Shown here piece by piece: positions 55,015 to 61,169 of a stretch of 61,169 bases of DNA. The position numbers and the translations under genes are program-made. Numbering within the stretch: position 1 is the stretch's first letter; every line of letters starts with the position of its first letter. The notes beneath the pieces were generated by a model, which was not told the DNA's origin, searched no databases, and saw only the letters and a list, made by a program, of their open reading frames with translations. Source of the DNA: a virus (lineage: Duplodnaviria; Caudoviricetes); IMG/VR virus record IMGVR_UViG_3300020109_000001, positions 1 to 61,169 of that record, one strand, 5' to 3'.

Positions 55015-56918
55015 GTCGCATCCTTTTTGATTGTCTCGAAGACTTCTGGACCAAGAACAATCTTACCAGTGTATGGCTCGATGTCGTCAAGATTCAGACC
55101 GTCAACAGACTTCGACAGAGAGATATGTGGCTTGTAGTCTGGGTAAGACGACGAAGCACCACGATCAATCATATCTTCGTGACGATACTTCAGTTGGTAG
55201 CTGTTGAACCGAAGAACGAGTGTCTCATCGTCAGGAGGACCAAAGATGTCGAGCATCCGAGCACCACCAGGACGAATCTCGAGGTTCCCGTTCCGCCAGT
55301 CACCCGCCCAGTCATCTTCCATACTCATCCAGTCAACAGGTGTCTCACTGTAGAGGATGGTAACATGCAAGTCGTCGGCTGGGAACAGGTCTTGGATTCC
55401 CTGCTTCTTGGCCCAATCGAGAATGGATTTCGCATTCACGACCTTGCGACTCACATAGAGAGGCATGGGACCTCTCTCGTCGTTGACTGCTTTCTTGCGG
55501 GATGCGGGGGGCGAGTTCTCGTTCGCAGCACCACCAGGCTTGGGTTCAGGCTTCAATGCTGCTTTGACAACATCGATAGCTTCACCAGGTTCATTCCGAA
55601 CCTTCTGATGCATCTCCCAAGCATCTTCAAGACCAGGCATGGCTTCGTGCTCGACGATGGTGTTAACGACAGCCGCACCCATCGAGTAGGGGTCGATCAT
55701 GCCGTTCTTGATCATCGTCTCGCCGACCTTCGCAGCATTCAGAGCAATCTCTGCACGCTCCTTCTCGGTCACCTGCCACAATGGGCGCCAGGTATAGAAG
55801 ATCTCTTTCGGACGACGACCCAGAGCGGAGCGGATCACCGCCTCGTCGTAGTTCTTCATCGCCGGAGTGATCTTATTATTCTGCATCGACTGAACACGAT
55901 CATAGTAATGGCGGATATCCGCCTCACCTGTTGCGTTCAGACCACCAGGGCTGGTTCCGAAGAGTCGAGTAACAGGAATGCTGCACGACCCAGAAACATA
56001 CTGGTAGAAGCGGTCGATGAGTTCAGGAAGAGAACCATAGGTCTGGCTCTTCTGTTGGTACTGTTCCAGTTCATCCAGGATGAGCGTACCGTTGACGCTT
56101 TTCGACATGCTCGCCATGGCGAATCGCTTCAGAAGGTCAGCCTCATATCCCGGCTGCTGAGCCAGCTTGGTCATCAGACCCTTGACGTTGATTACGTCAA
56201 TCTTCGCTTCAAAGATCAGGTTGGCGATTGCCGTGATGGCTCCGTCAACATGTTTAGTGGCGTTCAACACAACCTGTAGAACCGAACGTGACCATTGCGT
56301 GTTCACGCGCGGCATATCAAGCGGTCGTTCATCACCCTTGAAGATCATCAGACGAGTGTGGTGAATCTTGACGTCACCGCCATCAGCTTTCTTGTACAGA
56401 TAGTACACAGGCTTGCCGAAGTTCTCGCTGTCCAGGTTCTCATCGAGATCACCCTGAGTCAGTTGAAGCTGACTGAAGACGATACAACGACGAAGATCGC
56501 CTTTCCCGATGGTCTTCGCATCAAATGGGGTGTCGGGCTTTTGGCCACGGATTGGGAAATAGACTGCAGCGCCTCCGAGCAGGCGTCCATTCTTCAACCC
56601 AGTCTCTACTGCTTGTAGAACACCCGTGCGAGATTCTTCGGCTTCGATGGCGGTGATCTGGTCGGGAGGAGCGTTCCAGTTCCGCCAGCGACGAGTCGCA
56701 TCTTCAGCGATGGTATCTACGATTCGGCGTGGGAGGAACGCCGTTTCATAGGCAGCAAGCAACTCAGCATCAGTGTAAGTGCGTGACATGTACACGCCAG
56801 CTGATGCTTTGTCTCTACCACCACCAAAGCCTGCGACTACATTGCCGTAGCCATCCCACATTTCAAGTACTTGACCGTCCGCTGTGACACGCGCACGACC
56901 ACGAGGCTTCTCTGTCAT
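55011..56918 (-). CDS. portal protein (DUF1073) fused to a C-terminal Acb1-like 2H phosphodiesterase
   Basis: IVD..AEDATR.W, IH.TR...F.G, IPVTRLFG.SP.GLNATGE.D...YYD; C-terminal LHVTILYS...YKPHISL...LGPEVF. Confidence 0.85.
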   Translation of the reverse strand: MTEKPRGRARVTADGQVLEMWDGYGNVVAGFGGGRDKASAGVYMSRTYTDAELLAAYETAFLPRRIVDTIAEDATRRWRNWNAPPDQITAIEAEESRTGVLQAVETGLKNGRLLGGAAVYFPIRGQKPDTPFDAKTIGKGDLRRCIVFSQLQLTQGDLDENLDSENFGKPVYYLYKKADGGDVKIHHTRLMIFKGDERPLDMPRVNTQWSRSVLQVVLNATKHVDGAITAIANLIFEAKIDVINVKGLMTKLAQQPGYEADLLKRFAMASMSKSVNGTLILDELEQYQQKSQTYGSLPELIDRFYQYVSGSCSIPVTRLFGTSPGGLNATGEADIRHYYDRVQSMQNNKITPAMKNYDEAVIRSALGRRPKEIFYTWRPLWQVTEKERAEIALNAAKVGETMIKNGMIDPYSMGAAVVNTIVEHEAMPGLEDAWEMHQKVRNEPGEAIDVVKAALKPEPKPGGAANENSPPASRKKAVNDERGPMPLYVSRKVVNAKSILDWAKKQGIQDLFPADDLHVTILYSETPVDWMSMEDDWAGDWRNGNLEIRPGGARMLDIFGPPDDETLVLRFNSYQLKYRHEDMIDRGASSSYPDYKPHISLSKSVDGLNLDDIEPYTGKIVLGPEVFETIKKDAT

Positions 56919-58369
56919 AGCGCATACTCCAGCACTTCGGTCTCCAGCAAGCGAGCAAATGCCCGCGAGCAGGCATCGATTTGGTCTTTGAATCTCCCTG
57001 CTGGGAAGGTTTCAGCTTCAGACAGGAACGCATTGTTCCAATCACCTTGTACGAGGAACACATTCCCCGCAGCAGCCTGGGCAGCAAGTGGTGCCGCCCG
57101 TGTGGCTTTGTCTCCAGATTCGGTCGAGAACGTGTAATCGTATCCCAACAGCTTACCGACCAGATATGTGACCTGGAACTTCCCCGACTGTCCAGGGTCC
57201 TGGGGCAAGGAGCCAGGAACCAAATAACCGTCTTGTTTAGCTGTTGCGATCAAAGTCGTTTCGACCATCAGCGGATCGCCGCGAAACCGCTTCATGTCGC
57301 CAATGTAAATCTTTCCGGCAGGACTTATCCCAACCAATGCTCCAGCAGTAAAGGCTGCTGTTGCACTGTCCGTGGCCGCCAAGTCCCATCCACGAGCCCA
57401 TCGAGTCCCCTTGGGGGCAAAATCGACGACTTTGAACCAGTCTCGCTTAAACAACCCGCCGCCACGGGGCGAGGGCCGCTGCTGGAATTGGCCCGCAACT
57501 GCGTACGGACCCGAGATCGACATCATGACTTTCTTGTCACGTTCGACTACTTCTCGTGAGAATCGTTCCGGGAAGAGGAGTTCATCGACCTCAGTACGTG
57601 GATCAACAAAACCAATGCTAGTATAGCACTTGCGATCAGGCTCAAACTCCATAGGAAGGTTAAGATGTTCGTAACCAAGACCTTCCTCCAGAATAATACC
57701 AGCAGGATCACGCTCATGGAGACGCTGCATAATCATTACAATGGCATCCCGCTCCGGATCGTTGAGGCGGGAGGGCACGGCTTCAGTGAACGTCTCAGCC
57801 ACCTGCTGAAGGATGACTGGTGAACGAGCATCGTCGACGGAGAGAGGGTCGTCGATCCCGACTCGATGTCCCCGAGAACCCGTCAGAGAGGTGAAAGCCA
57901 TAGCTTCCCGGAATCCCCGCTCGCTGTTCTCGAACTTCTGCTTCGAGTCACTTCCTGAGTCAATCGTGAACTGGGAACCCCAGCGAGACTGGTACCAATC
58001 AGACTTGATCAGGTTCCGAGTCTTCTGGGAATCACGAAGAGCCAGGTCTTGTTTGTGTGAGGTCCCAAGATACCGGACCCACGGCATTTGTTTGGGACCC
58101 CACTCCCACGCGGTCCAGAAGACCCCTGTGAGAAGCGATTTCATCATGCCCGGAGGGACGGTGATGAGAAGTCGTTTCAAATGACCGTCGGTCACGGCCT
58201 CGAGATGATCACAGATTGCGTCAAGAGCCCAACCCCATTTGAGTTCGGCTCCTGGTTCGAGAACATGCCAACCACCCTTGGTGAATCCCGCGAGCGTGGC
58301 GAACTCTTTGCGTTCTTTGCGCCGACGAAGAACCTCGGCCGCAGCCTGGGCTCTAGTTACCATCGTCAT
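56915..58369 (-). CDS. terL: terminase large subunit
   Basis: RLLITVPPGMMKS, IDDP, MQRLHERD, QFQQRP.P.GG, WDLA, DQIDA. Confidence 0.95.
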   Translation of the reverse strand: MTMVTRAQAAAEVLRRRKERKEFATLAGFTKGGWHVLEPGAELKWGWALDAICDHLEAVTDGHLKRLLITVPPGMMKSLLTGVFWTAWEWGPKQMPWVRYLGTSHKQDLALRDSQKTRNLIKSDWYQSRWGSQFTIDSGSDSKQKFENSERGFREAMAFTSLTGSRGHRVGIDDPLSVDDARSPVILQQVAETFTEAVPSRLNDPERDAIVMIMQRLHERDPAGIILEEGLGYEHLNLPMEFEPDRKCYTSIGFVDPRTEVDELLFPERFSREVVERDKKVMMSISGPYAVAGQFQQRPSPRGGGLFKRDWFKVVDFAPKGTRWARGWDLAATDSATAAFTAGALVGISPAGKIYIGDMKRFRGDPLMVETTLIATAKQDGYLVPGSLPQDPGQSGKFQVTYLVGKLLGYDYTFSTESGDKATRAAPLAAQAAAGNVFLVQGDWNNAFLSEAETFPAGRFKDQIDACSRAFARLLETEVLEYAL

Positions 58370-58841
58370 CTCCTGGAGGGAGAATGTCGTAGTCAGCTTC
58401 CGTCAGCAAGATCTCCTCGAGTTCGTCATCGGTCATTTCCTCGAGGCTCTTGTCCTCCGTTTTGAGGCTGATCTCCTGTTTCGGAGCGCCCAAGCCACGG
58501 GTCTCTGCATCCCGCAGCATCGTGTTGACATCCGAGTTGATGAACTTGAGGATCTTCTGGATGGCCTCAGCGCGTTCCTCTTCGGTGGCGTCCGGATTAA
58601 CAACAACGAGTTGTTGGGTTGCAATCTGGGATTCCAATGTTTCAAGTAGAGTGGCACGAATACGAAGAGCAGTCTTTGCATTTATTCGTCCTTGGGCTGC
58701 GTCACGGTTGCTCATCCCGAATAAGTTGGGATTCCCGGTCTGCCCTTTGACGAATCGAGTAGCCATCTGTCGAGGGCTGAGAATCATAGACTGTGCCGAA
58801 GCAGGTGCCTCCCGCTCGGCTTGCTCTTTGGTACGAGGCAT
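58353..58841 (-). CDS. terS: terminase small subunit
   Basis: TRF.KGQTGNP; LEEMTDDELE; directly upstream of terL. Confidence 0.75.
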   Translation of the reverse strand: MPRTKEQAEREAPASAQSMILSPRQMATRFVKGQTGNPNLFGMSNRDAAQGRINAKTALRIRATLLETLESQIATQQLVVVNPDATEEERAEAIQKILKFINSDVNTMLRDAETRGLGAPKQEISLKTEDKSLEEMTDDELEEILLTEADYDILPPGDDDGN

Positions 58842-58872
58842 GTGGGTCCATCCTCATGGTTGTGAATAGCTT

Positions 58873-58922
58873 CGCCCGAGGGCTCCAGTCAACCCTCGGG
58901 CGTAGTGACCCTCTAAGGGTCA
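58873..58922 (-). promoter_or_regulatory. tandem hairpins in the late-operon leader (candidate antitermination element)
   Basis: CGCCCGAGGG-N10-CCCTCGGGCG at 58873-58902 and TGACCCT-N3-AGGGTCA at 58906-58922; no U tract. Confidence 0.55.
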
Positions 58923-59021
58923 GGCGCAGCACTGGTAGGCCCAAAGCCGCTAGTCCAGGAGGTCACTTCCACAATCTTCTGGCGAGGAGAACTGGGCAGA
59001 CCGTACAACCGAACTATGGTC

Positions 59022-59050
59022 AGAATAACCCGGCCCGATAATGAAGTAAA
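59022..59050 (-). promoter_or_regulatory. late-operon promoter TTTACT-N17-TATTCT
   Basis: AGTAAA at 59045-59050, AGAATA at 59022-59027. Confidence 0.7.
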
Positions 59051-59074
59051 GTATTATTTTTTGGACGACGATAA

Positions 59075-59563
59075 TTATTTTATGGGTGTGATGTCAGTGA
59101 GTAGACATTTGATCGGATGGTCACAATCATCAGGCCAGACAATGGCTACATGACCCTTACATTCTTGGACCGTGCCCTTCAATCCATTCAATGTCTCATC
59201 CGTAAACACAACCCGTGCCAACCGTGGAAGAGGCCTCCCCATCACCATCGACCGTCTCTCCAGTTCCTGAGCATAATAGACCTGCTCTTGGGGGACTTTG
59301 ACTGGCATCCCGGTGGCGGGGGAGCGGAGGAAGTGGTGGGTCCATCGCTCAGCGAGTTGTGCGAGTCGGTGGAGTGCGTCCGGATGCAGGAAGGCGTATC
59401 CTGGGTACATTAAAGTGCGGATCGCTTTGGGACGTCTTTTTCGTCCTGCTCGCGTATATGTGGTCATGCGCGGGCGGATTAGGTGTTGTGGGGGGAGGTT
59501 CTCTTCAATCGCGGTCAAATTGGTGTTTGAGGAACGAATTACGTGGAAATAGTCGAAATTCAT
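59075..59563 (-). CDS. NusG/RfaH-like transcription antitermination factor
   Basis: P......R..RK......LMYPGYAFL (NGN), FLR....P..VP.EQV, RV.F....L.GL.GTV (KOW). Confidence 0.7.
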   Translation of the reverse strand: MNFDYFHVIRSSNTNLTAIEENLPPQHLIRPRMTTYTRAGRKRRPKAIRTLMYPGYAFLHPDALHRLAQLAERWTHHFLRSPATGMPVKVPQEQVYYAQELERRSMVMGRPLPRLARVVFTDETLNGLKGTVQECKGHVAIVWPDDCDHPIKCLLTDITPIK

Positions 59564-59838
59564 CGCTTTAGACCCTTTTCACGAAGGAATTCGACACATT
59601 CGGGGAATGTTGTGGGCCAATTCTTGGCTTTCCTGTGTTTATTACTCAGATACATGTACTCGTGACCGAGATGCAAGGCAACTTCGTATTGGAGCACGTT
59701 TATACTGAGATCCTCTAAAGGTCGGGAAGATTGGAACGTTAGTGAGGCGTCAATCTTCTTCTCGATTTTGGCGCGGTCCTTGGCCTCTTCTTCGGCGGCG
59801 ATGTCGAGTGGGTGACGCTCGTGGTCGTATAGTTTCAT
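59560..59838 (-). CDS. hypothetical protein (92 aa)
   Basis: ATGA overlap; promoter upstream. Confidence 0.65.
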   Translation of the reverse strand: MKLYDHERHPLDIAAEEEAKDRAKIEKKIDASLTFQSSRPLEDLSINVLQYEVALHLGHEYMYLSNKHRKAKNWPTTFPECVEFLREKGLKR

Positions 59839-59880
59839 GGTCCGTGGGTCCTGGATCAGAAAGTTAAAGCCATATTGGAT

Positions 59881-59909
59881 ATTATACCGCCTTATTACTT
59901 TTTAGTAAA
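59881..59909 (-). promoter_or_regulatory. promoter TTTACT-N17-TATAAT
   Basis: AGTAAA at 59904-59909, ATTATA at 59881-59886. Confidence 0.8.
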
Positions 59910-59969
59910 GGGTGTTTTTAGCGAGTAATTGTCGCGTAACCATAAGTTATTGGTATTGGTTCTTAAAAC

Positions 59970-60280
59970 CCGTCTAATACCCTGTTGCGCCCCTATAGTA
60001 AAATCAACCTTTGTCAAATTACTTTATTGGATTTTACCTCGGATGCGATGTGTGTACGTATTCGCTCGTACGTACGTAAGGACCGGAAATAAGTAATAAT
60101 CCAATAATACAATAATACAGGACTGAATACGCGATGAATACTCTCGTAATCAACTTATTAGATTCTTATTGCATTTTTATTACGACGCGGCGGAAATAAT
60201 AATGCACCTAAAATCAATGCCGCTGGAAGAGCGCGAGCGGGGGAAGAGAAATTCGGATTCGCTCTCATATGTAGGTGCAC
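59970..60280 (+). other. AT-rich non-coding element, copy B (candidate replication origin)
   Basis: Colinear blocks shared with 28190-28495. Confidence 0.55.
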
Positions 60281-60411
60281 GTTATGGTTGATGCGGTTGT
60301 GCTTGTGGTGTTGGTGGATGTTGTAAGTCTGGTGAAGTCGAGGAAGTGTGTCCTCCCCCGCTGCTTCCTGACTTGGTCGTGAAAACGTCCGGGACGTTAA
60401 AACGGGCCGTA

Positions 60412-60490
60412 GGCGGCTGAAACGGGCTTTTAGGCTATACGGGTAGCGGGCGGTTACTGTGCGACGGCTAAAAACGCTGCTCCGGGGCTG
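60412..60490 (+). repeat. composite dispersed element, copy 5
   Basis: GCTATACGGGTAGC 60434, GCTGCTCCG 60476. Confidence 0.6.
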
Positions 60491-60747
60491 GAGAGGGTCG
60501 CAAAATAGGCGGGTTTAGCCCTATAGGCGGGCGGGCGGCGGAACCTACGATCAAATCCCGTTCCAAAAATTTGCAGCGATTTTTGTGTGTACGAATGCCG
60601 TTTTCATCTGTCATTCCACTTTTGGGAATTTGCACGCTGTCTCAGACACAGCTGCACCGCCGGGGGTAGGGGGTGGGGGGCGGTACCTCCACCGCGATAG
60701 TTTAACGTTAAACTAATCGGGCCGCCGGTTAGCGGCCCGTTAGCGCC

Positions 60748-61095
60748 TTAACCTTCAATAACGATAAAGTTTCTTTCACTATCAAACTTAAGGTCTGCGG
60801 TAGCTACGCCCGGTTTATCGCCCTTAGCGGTACAAGCGGCGATATAGTCCTTAACGGTCATACCATCTTTATAAAGGGCGAAGCGCGTCGCGGCCTTACC
60901 GCGTTTAGGGTTTAGCTTAACCGCGCCGGTTTCCTTATCCGCGATTTCCGGGTTAAGGCGAATTACGCGGTTATCCGCGTATAGCCGGTTAGCGGCCATT
61001 TTACGCCCGAAAACGACGGGCGCGAAAGTAACCGGGTTAGCGGCGACGGTTTCGGTAGCGGTTTCGACGGCGGGTTTTTTAGCGTTAGCGGTCAT
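60748..61095 (-). CDS. TG/CA-depleted early gene; NPKR...RFALYKDGMTV domain (paralog family of 3)
   Basis: Homologous to 5140-5670 and 22099-22854; TAGGATAAG SD; own promoter at 111-139. Confidence 0.85.
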   Translation of the reverse strand: MTANAKKPAVETATETVAANPVTFAPVVFGRKMAANRLYADNRVIRLNPEIADKETGAVKLNPKRGKAATRFALYKDGMTVKDYIAACTAKGDKPGVATADLKFDSERNFIVIEG

Positions 61096-61169
61096 TTTAT
61101 CTTATCCTATCTCTAAGGGTTAGCGGTTAGCGTTTATCGCTTCCGTATAATCCTTATACCGCGCTTAAC

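Noticed and set aside
52592-56279. Long plus-strand ORFs (52592-53557, 53359-54714, 55125-56279) and similar ones at 26745, 43787, 47219 and 49353
   Set aside because: Antisense shadows of well-supported genes, expected where TA-containing codons are rare; no SD or recognisable motifs.
61043-61169. 127-bp terminal repeat as a biological direct terminal repeat
   Set aside because: The length equals a common assembler k-mer and it cuts through a gene; best read as a circular assembly overlap.
1-61169. tRNA/rRNA genes, integrase or repressor module, stop-codon reassignment
   Set aside because: None recognised by eye; core genes are intact under the standard bacterial code. A tRNA scan was not run.

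Overview
The window is a complete, circularly permuted genome (about 61,042 bp) of a lytic siphovirus. Bases 1-127 equal 61043-61169, an assembly overlap. The replication and DNA-modification gene set resembles YuA/M6-type phages. A VPLPA-CTERM-like protein suggests an alphaproteobacterial (Rhodobacteraceae-like) host; this is inference. Layout: small early genes (about 0.9-14 kb); family A DNA polymerase; a thymidine-modification cluster (dUMP hydroxymethylase-like, HD hydrolase, Nmad1/MazG-like, TAGT/GREB1-like glycosyltransferase, 5hmdU-DNA kinase, no recognisable amino acid:DNA transferase); UvrD helicase, primase and SNF2 helicase; then a leftward late operon (terminase, portal fused to an Acb1-like 2H phosphodiesterase, capsid followed by an Acb2-like gene, tail, receptor-binding proteins, lysis) preceded by a NusG-like gene. 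The most striking signal is a local avoidance of TG/CA dinucleotides. About 14 sigma70-like promoters carry TTTACN or TAGCGC in place of TTGACA and sit in TG/CA-poor islands. One terminal early gene is almost entirely TG/CA-free and has no Gln, His or Trp. TG-dense patches flank that island. TG/TC is the reported hypermodification context in M6/ViI-type phages, so this may be a genome written to keep promoters and a first-expressed gene unmodified. Other signals: a candidate sRNA, a five-copy composite element, a duplicated origin-like element, an over-represented GCGGGGGA octamer and a tail-operon pseudoknot. All calls come from motif recognition and hand counts, not database searches.
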